Part shown: one piece after another, positions 12,588-39,861 of the stretch
Position numbering within the stretch: position 1 is the stretch's first letter
Layout of the letters: every line of letters begins with the position of its first letter
Assembly (NCBI GenBank): GCA_002269645.1
Contig: NIVC01002183.1
Span: forward strand, 1 to 64,000
DNA from: Macrostomum lignano
Taxonomy: Eukaryota
Reading direction: 5' to 3'
DNA: 64,000 nucleotides
Notes under the pieces: generated by a model
Seen by the model: only the letters and a program-made list of their open reading frames with translations
The model's database searches: none
What the model was told of the DNA's origin: nothing
Program-made: the position numbers and the translations under genes

Positions 12588-14229
12588 CACCGGAACATCA
12601 ATTTAAAAAGCACACAATATACATGTGTATTTTCATTAAAATATCTTCATCCAAGAAAGAACAGAAACTATGAAACTTAAACTTATCAAAGAAACTATAG
12701 CTTATGAATTAACTTATGAAATAATTAGGCTTATAAAATAACTGCTTAAACTACAGCAGTATGCCAGAATATAATATAACAGATTAATATGCCGTGCATA
12801 CATGTACGCTACAGTGTACATGTAAATTAAAAGAATAATCTTTATAATCACTGCCTTCAACATTTAGAATACTGCTCTATCGCGAGATTCTCCAAATTTA
12901 AATGATAGTATAATAATATAACCGTTATTTTTTGTATTGTGTAGGATCGATTGACGCAACTTTTATCTTAATAACAACAGGGCCATTAATTCAGGGACGA
13001 CCACTATGGTATAAAAAGACGTAAAACTCAAAGATCATGCAATTTTTAGAGTTGGTCAGTGGTGCATCACAAAATCAATGATGCTAAGCTGAGTAACGGC
13101 TTCGTAGAAAAGAATAACAAAGCTAGAATATCTTTGCACACTCTCCGGAAATATTACAAAGTAGCTATAAAAAATTAGAAGATTTGTTTTTATTTATACT
13201 ATTTCGCAAGTTGTTTAAGGTTTTATTGAAAGTTTTAAATTGACTTCCAGGATAGTTTGGTTAGACTTTGAATACCGGATGGAATAATTAATTAAATTCA
13301 CAAAGTGAAGTGAGTCATCCTATATACTTAGTTATTATCTAATCCCCAATTATTGATAGATACTAGATAATGCATACCGAGATCCAGAGTGTGATTTTAA
13401 TTAATCTCATACCCAAACTTGCAGTACTCATGCCAAAAACAGACAGCTAGCTAAGAAGTCGAATGTCGTACGAGTACATTGTACATTGTATAATAATCGT
13501 ACATTTTTCATATAAGTACATATAAATATATACATAAATAAAAGGTTCTCTTGCATTGCAAAATTTCATTTCTTCAATCTAGTTATAGTTCAAGCTCGCC
13601 TCAAACTCACTATCTAACCTTACCACCACCTATCCCTCTTCTGCCCTGCCCTACTACTATACCATTGCACTAATAATTGTTCTGCTAATTAAAAATCACT
13701 AACTCAAGTTTTACTTTTCTATTTAAAACTGTACTACCTAATCTTTTTAATGGTGACTTCACTGCTTTAGAACAAAATACTTAACTTACATTGCACCAAG
13801 AAAAGCTTAAATCTTATCCATTCCAAGCACCACTACAAGGTGCACCAAATGTACCAGCCTGCCTCTTAGTGCACTCTATTCTACAAAAGGAAGCTGGGCG
13901 CCTCATCATCCTTAAAATGTCTATTGCTAAAATGACTTTTTGTCAAAATTATTTCTTGCCAAAATGACTGGTTTCTAGTATTTATTGGCTATTAAGACTA
14001 TATAAATATAATATACCATTGAGATTTAATATATAGGCCTAGACTAAAAAATTATTAAATTAGTGAACTAGTAAATTAAAAAGTACCATTGGACTAAATT
14101 TTATCAAAGTGCTTATAATATTAATTGATAGGGGCCTGTGCCTAGATAATTAAAATATTTTGTTAAATTTATAGCATTTTTTAATTTTTATTCTTTCTTT
14201 TGAATTGAATATAGTAGTATATATATAAA

Positions 14230-14510
14230 GGGGGCTGTAGTGCAGCAGTAGCGCAGCTGCTCTGGTGTGCCAGCAACCCAGGCTCAATTCCAAGTGCAAT
14301 CACATTAATTTGGGGCTGAATTGGAATCTCAGCTTGGCTCTGCTCGTGCAATTAATGGCCTTGAAAGCCAACCCCCAAGGTGCAATGAAGTGTACATGCC
14401 TAACAATAAATAAAGTTAAGGCCGCTGTACACTCCTATGTGAGTGCGTGCCTGCGTACGCATCCGCGCGCTTGAGTTCCTGCTCAGGGGAATCGGCGAAA
14501 TGGGCAGTAA
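14230..14510 (+). mobile_element. tRNA-derived SINE family A, copy 3 (most complete)
   Basis: Head GGGGCTGTAGTGCAGCAGTAGCGC...GGCTCAATTCC with A-box/B-box-like motifs; body matches copies at 4540 and 9670. Confidence 0.75.
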
Positions 14511-15824
14511 TGCCTCTCGCTGGTTATATGCTTATGTTGCTTAAAGTGTGATAGTTCACACAACCCCCCTGCCTCTAATAAAAAAGTATGTATATATAAT
14601 AAAAAGTTATTATCAAATGAGTTTCTAATCTTTAGAAGTCCATTGTTGCTATAGTCATATAGACTATATATATAGCTATAGGAAATTATTATTATAATAT
14701 ATATGGAAAGTTTTAAACAGATCAAATGATACAATAGATATAGTTATAAGAACATATATTCCCATATCTAGGCTACTCAAAAGCTAAGAAAACTTGACTT
14801 AAAAGCATATATTCCCATATTTAGGCTGCTCAAAAGCTCAGAAAACTTGACTTGAAAGACTATTAGAATTATTAAATTGATAGATAGAGGTAGAACAATA
14901 GATAATTATTTAGAAATAAAAAAATATTGCTAATTTCATAGCTTTTATGAGGCAACCTCCCAAGTCCCTAGTGTTAAAGACTCAAAATAACAAATATTTT
15001 CAATGCTATATGCCCATTGCATAATAGGGATAGTAGGGACTAATATTAAAATGATTTTTTTCATTTTCATTGCAAGGGAAGCTCTTGATTCCTTTGAGTT
15101 GTAGACTCAAACAACTGAGATTTTCAAAGCCATATGCACATTATTGTTGGAGTGGTAGGGGCCATAGTTAAGATAAATAAAGTCAATGATAAAGCTGTCC
15201 ATCTTTTGTCACTATCAAAGAAGGCTAGAATGCAAAAAATTCAGGGAACTTTTGCTACCAAATCATTTTGGGAACCAACTGATTAGCAGGCCATCACTCT
15301 TATAGAAGATCTTAGTAAAAATGGAGATTTTGTTAACTTATCTATTAATCATTATATATTTAAGAAAGGAAAGAGGAAAGAAAAAGGGAGAAAATAGAGA
15401 GGAAAGGCAAAAGGAGAGATAAGAAAAGAGAAGGGGGAGAGAGCAATAGAGAGGAGATTGAAAAGTCAAAATAGCTTAATGTCTAGAAATTAAGTTGATA
15501 GACATTAAGCTACCATAGATATATGCTGCATAATCTGGAGAATATTATTCATACCCACATTACTGCAGTAGTAATGCCCAATAGTAGGTTTTAGTTTTTT
15601 ACTAATAAATCTAATAATGTTTAATACCATTAAAATATTATTAGATACTAAATATATAATAAATATAATAAATTAATATTATAGTGGTATAATATTATAC
15701 CTTTTAAATTGAAAATGAATCAATATACAAACAAAGATTTTCTATTTGTTGCATGTTCATTTGAAAATCCATTACAGCAAGCAATCGCAAGGCTTTAATA
15801 ATTTATTAACAAGCTGACTTTGTC

Positions 15825-30216
<14,392 letters not shown>

Positions 30217-30299
30217 CCAGATTTACCGTTTGACCCTTGTTGATTGAGCGATTCTTATTAATTCAGTGACTCCTTGTGTTTCTGTGACCCTGAGCTGTG

Positions 30300-30740
30300 A
30301 CTCAATGGCTAATGTGACCCCTAGTGACTTAGTGACCTATAGTGACTTAGTGACCTCTAGTGACTCAGTGACCTCTAGTGACTCAGTGACCTATAGTGCT
30401 TCGGTGACCTATAGTGACTCAGTGACTATGTGACCCCTAGGGTCTCAGTGACCTATCGTGACTTAGTGATCTATAGTGACTCAGTGACCTATAGTGCTTC
30501 GGTGACCTATAGTGACTCAGTAACTGGCTTTGTGACCTCTAGTGACTCAGTGACTTAGTGACCTATAGTGACTCAGTGACCTATAGTGCTTCGGTGACTA
30601 GCATTTGGTGACCTATAGTGACTCAGTAACTGACTATGTGACCTCTAGGGGCTCAGTGACCTATAGTGATTCGGTGACCTATAGTGACTCAGTGACTGAC
30701 CTTGTAACCCCAACTGACTCAGTGATCCCTTAGTGACTCA
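30300..30740. repeat. Irregular AGTGAC-based array downstream of the CYFIP stop (3' UTR region)
   Basis: Repeated GTGACCTATAGTGACTCA motifs. Confidence 0.85.
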
Positions 30741-31990
30741 GAGGGTTTAGTGCTATCCTAGTCTATGTTGTGTCATAGATTATCCTTAACTTTTTCCCTG
30801 AAATGCCATTTACCTCTTAAGTTTTTATAAAATCTCACCTACTAACCTGTTTTATATATTCAGTAAATTTGCCCATGATTTGTCTCTCCTTTAAAGTGCC
30901 TAATTAAGATAATAGTTGGAATTTTTCCTAAACAAAATTTTATTATTTAAACACTGCAACCTTTAAGCACTGATATGCTATAAACGTTTTACCTGTAACT
31001 ACTGTGTGTACCTGCGCGCCATCAATATAACGAGTTCATTCTAGCTTTAAAATGTTATCTATCGATACATATCGGCTGGTTTCAATGTACATTTAACCTG
31101 TGTGCTGTCATATATAGTGTGCTAAATTTTTAAATTTTAAATAACAAGCGTAATTTGAGTTGAAAGTATTTAATGTCAACAATGGGTGTTATTTATTATC
31201 TTTGTAATCCTTCCTAGTTTACTAAGTCGGTAATCACTTCCATTTTGCTAAGTTTATATGCCAATGCTGATGCCATCTTATTCGATCATTTTTTAATAAT
31301 GAACCAAAATTTACCGCACTGCGCTACTTAACCAAGCATGGCAGTAGTATATTTGGTGCGAGTAGCTATTTTAAATTTTCAATTCCAGTTAGGCAACAAA
31401 TTGTATATAAACACAGCTCGTTTATGTGTAACATTTTGCGAGCTTCTAACATTTTATTATATTCTTGATTTTAGAAAACTCTATAACTACTTTCCGTTCA
31501 GTAGTTGAGAGGGGTTTTGATGCCTTTTTAAAAAATAATATATGAAAAATTTACAGAATAGAAATTTCTGTCGAGTGTAAAAAAATACTGAATATATTTT
31601 TGTAACCTACTTTTCGTGAATTTGAATTTTCCTGAAAACTTCTGGGAGCCGAGTACAAAACTATACATTTAGCTTAGGGAATGCAAGCAGTATTGACAGA
31701 GAACATGCATCCAGTCCGTGATATATAAAGGTCGATTTCACAAGCTTGAAACTTCATATCTTCAGACGCTAAACTGTATAAGCTGGAAAATTCACAAGCT
31801 GATTAAAACTTCACACTCTTGAAACTTCACAATCTTATAACTTCACAATTTATTGAGGACGTTCAAGCTACTTACTTGCATGCAGTAAGTAGTATAAACT
31901 GGCCAATAAAGCTAAACACATGAAACAATGTCGCCAGCTATTTATAAGACCCTCTCTTATCTTGGCGCCACACTCGCTTCGGCCAGTGCG

Positions 31991-32063
31991 GATCCCGTGG
32001 TGTAGTGGTTATCACATCTGTCTAACACACAGAAGGTCCCCAGTTCGAGCCTGGGCGGGATCA
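31991..32063 (+). tRNA. trnV-AAC: tRNA-Val(AAC)
   Basis: Acceptor stem GATCCCG/CGGGATC, D arm TGGTGTAGTGGTTATCAC, anticodon arm TCTGT-CTAACAC-ACAGA, T loop GTTCGAGC; followed by a T5 Pol III terminator. Confidence 0.95.
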
Positions 32064-32619
32064 ATTCTTTTTCTTGGAATTTATGATCCTTTTTAGTTTG
32101 GTTTCGAAAATTTATTTAAATTTACTAATAAAAAAGACTTGTGAGGTCCTTTTTTAATAGGCCTGATTACGACTGACTTTTTCAACAAAAAACAAAAATC
32201 GAAGATCTGCCCCGTGGTCTCTACTTGTAAAGTAGTATCAGTCCTATCATACGCTGCCTAGAAGGTAATATAAACAACTGCTCATGTTACGCACAAAGAA
32301 GCAATTAACAAGGCGATTAGCTTCCTTCAAGTCCTGACTACCCCACTAACCAAGGCAGATTCTCGAGCGAAACCTGACTTCTGTCATTGTCTTCTTCTGC
32401 CCTCTAATTTTCTGCTTCTGGCTTAAGTGGACGGGCAAGTCGTCTTCTCTGATTCTCTCTCTGGAGCAAGACAAATTAGAAATGATAGTATTGTGAACTT
32501 ACTTTATAAGGCTTATAGTAGCACAACTGTTTTGAGTAATGTACATGTGACCTCTGAGAACCACTTGGTTTCGGGTCATACAGCTATACGAGTGGTCAAT
32601 GCTATGCAACACCGTCTTG

Positions 32620-32985
32620 CACCCTGTCTCTCTTCATGTCTCACCCTGTCTCTCTTCATGTCTCACCCTGTCTCTCTTCATGTCTCACCCTGTCTCTCTT
32701 CATGTCTCACCCTGTCTCTCTTCATGTCTCACCCTGTCTCTCTTCATGTCTCACCCTGTCTCTCTTCATGTCTCACCCTGTCTCTCTTCATGTCTCACCC
32801 TGTCTCTCTTCATGTCTCACCCTGTCTCTCTTCATGTCTCACCCTGTCTCTCTTCATGTCTCACCCTGTCTCTCTTTATGTCTCACCCTGTCTCTCCTCG
32901 TGTCTCACCCTGTCTCTCTTTATGTCTCACCCTGTCTCTCATAGTGTCTCACCCTGTCTCTCTTCATGTCTCACCCTGCATCTTT
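32620..32985. repeat. 22-bp minisatellite (TCTCACCCTGTCTCTCTTCATG)
   Basis: About 16 units. Confidence 0.95.
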
Positions 32986-33834
32986 CGTTTCTCACGATCC
33001 GTCAGCCTGCAGCTCTCCCTGCTATGCCAGAGCAATCATCGTCCTGTCTGCGCAGGAAGACTCTGAGTGCACGCAATTCGAGCAGAGTCGCAACATTTAT
33101 CCAACAAATGAGTTTGCTGGGCCATCCACGAAGTGGCACCCTGGGGGGAGCAGCGTGAAACTTGAGAAGCGCTAATCACAGCTCTGCTCTCCGACCCCCC
33201 TCTCTCTCTCCATCACTGACTTTAAAGGCATTTCATCTGAGAGCCCGCATTGCGCCCCCTACGAGCGCATATTGCAGACAAGGGGCACCCCAGGTGTGTA
33301 GGGTTAGCCCCGGACCCAGATAAATAATAGAGGGAAGCTGAATATAGGCAAAAATGATGACGCCAGGGACCGCTGCTAGTAGAAACTTGGACTGGAAGTG
33401 GATCCGCTGTCGCACCTCGAACCTATACCCAGAATCTGAAAACTCTAATTTTCTGAAATCAGATGATTTAATGAGATATCTATTTGTTTTTTTTGCTTTA
33501 TTGCACTAAATTTAATAGCTTCCAGTCCAGGTTTACAGCGGTCCTTGAGTTCTCCCGCTCCTATAATAGCCCATTGTCTGAGAAGCTTCATCAAGCGAAG
33601 GGTGCCAGTGGGGGAGCGCCATGGGGGGGGCGAGGGAGGCGATGAGATGAGCGCTCTGGGCTGCTGTCAAAGGCGCAGGTGTTAACATAGACAGACCGTT
33701 TTAACAAAATCAAGTAGCAAAATTTGACTTTTTGACTTGAAGAGCTCCGCTTTAATTTAGCACTGCACAGACTCCAAGGTATTTGTTGTTTTATTTTCAT
33801 TGTCATTATGATTTATAATCAGAAAAATTAACAT

Positions 33835-34115
33835 CAAATGGGATATGAAGACAGACTGAGGGATATGAAGACAGACTGGGGGATATGAAGACAGACTGAG
33901 GGATATGAAGACAGACTGGGGGATATGAAGACAGACTGAGGGATATGAAGACAGATTAGGGATATGAAGACAGATGAGGGATATGAAGACAGACTGGGGA
34001 TTTGAAGACAGACTGGGGATATGAAGACAGACTGGGGATATGAAGACAGACTGGGGGTATGAAGATAGACTGGGGGTATGAAGATAGACTGGGGGATATG
34101 AAGATAGACTGGGGA
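33835..34115. repeat. 19-20-bp minisatellite (GGGATATGAAGACAGACTGA)
   Basis: Direct inspection. Confidence 0.93.
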
Positions 34116-34589
34116 TTATAGCTGAAATAAGACTCTTAGTAAACAGATCCAAATAGCTCGTTATTACAGTTTAGCAACCAGAATGCAACAGGACAAAACA
34201 GGACAAAAAGCTTTATAGATAAAAATTATCTTATTTTTTGACATCGCTATTTTATAATTCAGTCAAGGAGTTTTTCTAAAAAAAGTCTCAGGCTAAACTT
34301 TTAAATCGTTTTAAAATGCTTATTTGTCTTTCTATAGCTTTATAGCTTCTGTCAGTTAAGTGATGATTAAACCGACCGCTGAAGCAGCCACTACCGCAGA
34401 AATTCTCTCGACCATAGACAATACACCCACGAGACGAGTTTAGACCATAGACTGTAGCTTCTGCTGCTCCCAAGCATTACCAGCAGCAGCTGGTGCCTAT
34501 AGCCCTAATCCCGGGGTTTTCGGGGTCTCGGAGCCGGCCTGTCTGTCTGGCCGGCCCGCTGGAGTGGCACATCTGCTTGCCTGTCTGCC

Positions 34590-35505
<916 letters not shown>

Positions 35506-35594
35506 TTCTATCTTCTACGAACTCATGGACAACTGATTGGTAATTTTAATTAGTGTAAGTCTGAATATTTTGAGTTCGTTCAGCGACAGCAGCT

Positions 35595-36239
35595 TCAGGC
35601 GGTTGCGTTCGTCTCCACGGAGTCCTGCTGCTGGTGGGTCCTGGCGTGTTTGGCCAGGTGGTCCGACCTGGTGAACCGCTTGCCGCAGGCGGAACAGCCG
35701 AACCGCCTTTCACCTGTGTGAGTTCGCACATGTCGCTGCAGCTCGTCCGACCTGGTGAACCGCTTGCCGCACAGGGTCCAGTGGCACAGGAAGGGCCGTT
35801 CGCCCGTGTGCCAACGCAGATGAGCTTTCAGGTGGGAAGTTTTGCTGTACACCTTGCCGCAGCCCGGCACGTGGCAGTTGTGCAGCCCATTGCTCGCAGT
35901 GTTGACGGAGCATTTGAGCTGCTGGTGCTGCAGCTGAGCCTGCTGGCAGTTCGGGCAGTCACACGGGCTGATCGCTGCTCCAGACTTTGAGGTGCTCGAC
36001 TTTCGTCTAGCGGGCTGCGGCGGCGGTGGCGGCGGCGGAGGCGGCGGCGGCGGCGGCGGTGGCGGCGGTGGCGAAGTCGGCACCAAGTAGCTGGCAGGCT
36101 GGTACGTGCCGGAAAAATAGCAGCTGTATTGGATCTGCGGCTGACCATATTGATGAAGCTGGTTGGGCAGCTGGGAGTGCCACGCAGTTGAGCAATGCAA
36201 GCTTGGAAGTTGGTCAGCCGAGGCGGTTGAGGCGGCCTC
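35595..36239 (-). CDS. Sp5/buttonhead-like C2H2 transcription factor, last coding exon (first exon uncertain, perhaps near 37140-37172)
   Basis: Buttonhead box CDCPNC followed by three Sp/KLF fingers ([31 protein letters not shown]...[10 protein letters not shown]...RSDHLAKH); acceptor CACACAG at 36240-36246 in phase 0; long poly-Pro tract. Confidence 0.9.
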   Translation of the reverse strand, partial: EAASTASADQLPSLHCSTAWHSQLPNQLHQYGQPQIQYSCYFSGTYQPASYLVPTSPPPPPPPPPPPPPPPPPPQPARRKSSTSKSGAAISPCDCPNCQQAQLQHQQLKCSVNTASNGLHNCHVPGCGKVYSKTSHLKAHLRWHTGERPFLCHWTLCGKRFTRSDELQRHVRTHTGERRFGCSACGKRFTRSDHLAKHARTHQQQDSVETNATA

Positions 36240-36307
36240 CTGTGTGATTCACAGGTTAATTTTTAGCATGCAGCAAGCATAGTGCCAATTCATACAATAT
36301 ATTTGTT

Positions 36308-37092
36308 GAGCTCACTCATGAACCCAGTCAGTACCTCACTCATGAACTCAGACAGTACCTCAGGCATGAACTCACTCATGAACCCAGTCAGTACCTCACT
36401 CATGAACTCAGACAGTACCTCAGGCATGAACTCACTCATGAACTCAGTCAGTACCTCAGTCATGAGCTCACTCATGAACTCAGTCAGTACCTCAGTCATG
36501 AATTCACTCATGAACTCAGTCAGTACCTCAGTCATGAACTCACTCATGAACTCAGTCAGTACCTCAGTCATGAGCTCACTCATGAACTCAGTCAGTACCT
36601 CAGTCATGAGCTCACTCATGAACTCAGTCAGTACCTCAGTCATGAACTCACTCATGAACTCAGACAGTACCTCAGTCATGAACTCACTCATGAACTCAGA
36701 CAGTACCTCAGTCATGAATTCACTCATGAACTCAGTCAGTACCTCAGTCATGAATTCACTCATGAACTCAGTCAGTACCTCAGTCATGAGCTCACTCATG
36801 AACTCAGTCAGTACCTCAGTCATGAGCTCACTCATGAACTCAGTCAGTACCTCAGTCATGAACTCACTCATGAACTCAGTCAGTACCTCAGTCATGAACT
36901 CACTCATGAACTCAGTCAGTACCTCAGTCATGAACTCACTCATGAACTCAGTCAGTACCTCAGTCATGAACTCAGCCAGTACCTCAGTCATGAACTCAGT
37001 CAGTACCTCACTCATGAACTCAGCCAGTACCTCAGTCATGAACTCAGTCAGTACCTCACTCATAAACTCAGTCAGTACCTCAGTCATGAACT
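36308..37092. repeat. Minisatellite of 12-bp subunits forming a 36-bp higher-order unit (presumed Sp gene intron)
   Basis: CTCACTCATGAA/CTCAGTCAGTAC/CTCAGTCATGAA. Confidence 0.95.
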
Positions 37093-38039
37093 CTCTCCTG
37101 CAGGCGGACCAACGAGTTACGACTCAATAAGCACCCCACCCACGCCAGGCAGCTCTTTGTCAAGTCTGTCATGCGCGTGTTTGTTATTTTTTTATTGTGT
37201 ATAAAGTTTTACTCTTTTGCTACTTTCTCCTGAAGACAGACGAATGGAGAGGGAACAGGGGAGGAGTGAGGATAAATTTGAACTATCTGCATCCTCAAAC
37301 GCCAACTGCCATATAAAGGAGGTGGCTTAAAAGGGGACAGAGAGGAGGCGCTCGTCATGCCATCTGTCGAGTTGCGAACTGATTCCGAATTTAGCCCTGC
37401 TTCAAGTATATTTTATGCATCTCCTCTTCTCGGGGTTGAAAATTAGCATACGCGAGGAACAAATAGAGGAGGGCTGTCTATGGCCTGGCCAGCTTCCTAT
37501 ACGGGGATTTTGTTCTTGGGATATTTTGATTCACTTATCTCATAAATCTGATCCTAGTTATGGATTCACGAACTCACGAACTCACAAAATCATTTCTTAA
37601 GTCTTGAAGCCATTAACTCACTTTTTTTTCATTCACTCACCTGATAATGAACGCCAAAGTTTGACATAACAATTTGCTAATGGATTCGAAATTATTGCGT
37701 CGATTCTCTCAAAGCTTTCAGGATTTTTTTAATGGGCCAAATAAAAAAGTGGCAGTTATCTTAGAACTCGACAAGCAGATTGAAGAGTGTCTGCTTTGTC
37801 CAAACATGAAGGCGGGGTCGGCAAGGAGTCCTTGTCTTTGCCGACTTGTCATCCACCCACCCCCAGCCCTCACCCTCTCCAACTCCAGTTTGATGGGTCC
37901 ACGTGTCTCATTGGACAGCGCCTGTCAACAACTCCCTGCCTCCGTTCTGACACTCGGGTGGCGTCTCCGGCTCTGCTTCATTGGCCAGCGTCCTCCATCC
38001 CAGCTTCCTAATGGCATTCTGCTCTGCTGTTCTCACTAC

Positions 38040-38470
38040 TAACTCTATCCGTGTCTATTCCCCATTCTCTATCCGTGTCTGTTCCCATTCTCTATCCGTG
38101 TCTATTACCCATTCTCTATCCGTGTCTGTTCCCATTCTCTATCCGTGTCTATTACCCATTCTCTATCCGTGTCTGTTCCCATTCTCTATCCGTGTCTGTT
38201 CCCATTCTCTATCCGTGTCTGTTCCCATTCTCTATCCGTGTCTGTTCCCCATTCTCTATCCGTGTCTATTCCCCATTCTCTATCCGTGTCTATTCCCCCT
38301 TCTCTATCCATGTCTATTCCCCATTCTCTATCCGTGTCTATTCCCCATTCTCTATCCGTGTCTATTCCCCATTCTCTATCCGTGTCTATTCCCCCTTCTC
38401 TATCCGTGTCTATTCCCCATTCTCTATCCGTGTCTATTCCCCATTGTCTATCCGTGTCTATCTCCATTCT
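38040..38470. repeat. 21-22-bp minisatellite (CTCTATCCGTGTCTATTCCCATT-type)
   Basis: Direct inspection. Confidence 0.93.
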
Positions 38471-38994
38471 CCATCAGGTCCTCCCCTATCAATTTCAATC
38501 TATACATACATCTAATCCACAGATTATCACTTCTTGATAGCCTAAAACGAGAAACATCTATCCTTCACAGTGAGCAATTCACAAATTCCCACCTCGTTCG
38601 ATATCATTTTTTAGCTACAAAATGAAAATTCGCACAGCTTCACACAAACCCCCGTTATCAAACCCTTTCAAAGCTAAGAATTGAACAATTGATAATGTCA
38701 CAAAGACCAGCGTGACTTCTTAGAAAATCCGGCCTTGATTTAATCTCGGCATTCAAACCCGAGGATTCTAATCTGGCATGGAGACTTGATGCTCGGAGAT
38801 TATCCACTCTCATCACGCCACGCGATCTGCTATCAGATTTTGACTGAGCTTCAAAGCTTCTTAAAATAATTCTTTTTCACTTCTTAGATATGGCGTCACG
38901 CAAAGTACAGCATTCTATTTTCGCATAGTTACTAAATTAAATTACTAGGTGTGAAAGAGGCTCTGCATAATACAATGTGTTGACGGACTATAAG

Positions 38995-39480
38995 TTACCG
39001 GATGTGATGGATTGCTAGCCTAGCCAATGGATTAACAGATATGATGGATTGCTAGCCTAGCCAATGGATTAACGGATATGATGGATTGCTAGTCTAGCCA
39101 ATGGATTAACGGATATGATGGATTGCTAGCCTAGCCAATGGATTAACGGATATGATGGATTGCCAGTCTAGCCAATGGATTAACGGATATGATGGATTGC
39201 TAGTCTAGCCAATGGATTAACAGATATGATGGATTGCTAGCCTAGTCAATGGATTAACTGATGTAATGGATTGCTAGCCTAGTCAATGGATTAACTGATA
39301 TGATGGATTGCTAGTCTAGCCAATGGATTAACAGATATGATGGATTGCTAGCCTAGTCAATGGATTAACTGATGTAATGGATTGCTAGCCTAGTCAATGG
39401 ATTAACTGATATGATGGATTGCTAGTCTAGCCAATGGATTAACGGATGTGATGGATTGCTAGCCTAGCATACATGGATGT
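38995..39480. repeat. 37-bp minisatellite
   Basis: Unit GATATGATGGATTGCTAGCCTAGCCAATGGATTAACG. Confidence 0.93.
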
Positions 39481-39861
39481 GGGAATGGAATGGATTGCTA
39501 GCCTAGCCTAGATGTATAAAGTAATAGAATTGATTAAGTGTATAACTGATATGGTGGATAGCTAATCCAGGTGATAGATTACAGATAACAGAGCGCTAAA
39601 CAGTTCTACAGGTATTTTAAAAACAATGCTCACGAAACTTTGTAATCTAAACTTAACCTAAACGTTAGCAAGCGCTTTTCTAGGAAACAGCAAAGCCGGG
39701 CAAGAAGCAACTCAATACGCTTGTAGCAATCCAGAAATGACAAAGAAATGCAAAATCAACTAACTTTAAATTTTATAAAATTCTTTAACGCGCTAATTAT
39801 GCTACTAACACAAAACTATTCAGTAGTAGGCAGCAACAAAAGATAGCATAGTAGACGGCAG

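Noticed and set aside
15130-15300. Short stop-interrupted plus-strand frame (HIIVGVVGAIVKINKVNDKAVHLL...)
   Set aside because: Unidentifiable without a search; probably an old element relic within the CpG-depleted zone.
30300-30740. Many AP-1-like TGACTCA sites (also TGAGTCA at about 8100)
   Set aside because: A by-product of the repeat unit; no independent evidence of enhancer function.
33006-33175. Possible small terminal exon on the plus strand after the 22-bp array
   Set aside because: No recognisable domain and no upstream donor or exon found.
33233-33420. Hydrophobic minus-strand ORF (VRQRIHF...), faintly like a LINE ORF2 C-terminus
   Set aside because: Similarity limited to a few residues; cannot support either a gene or a LINE call.
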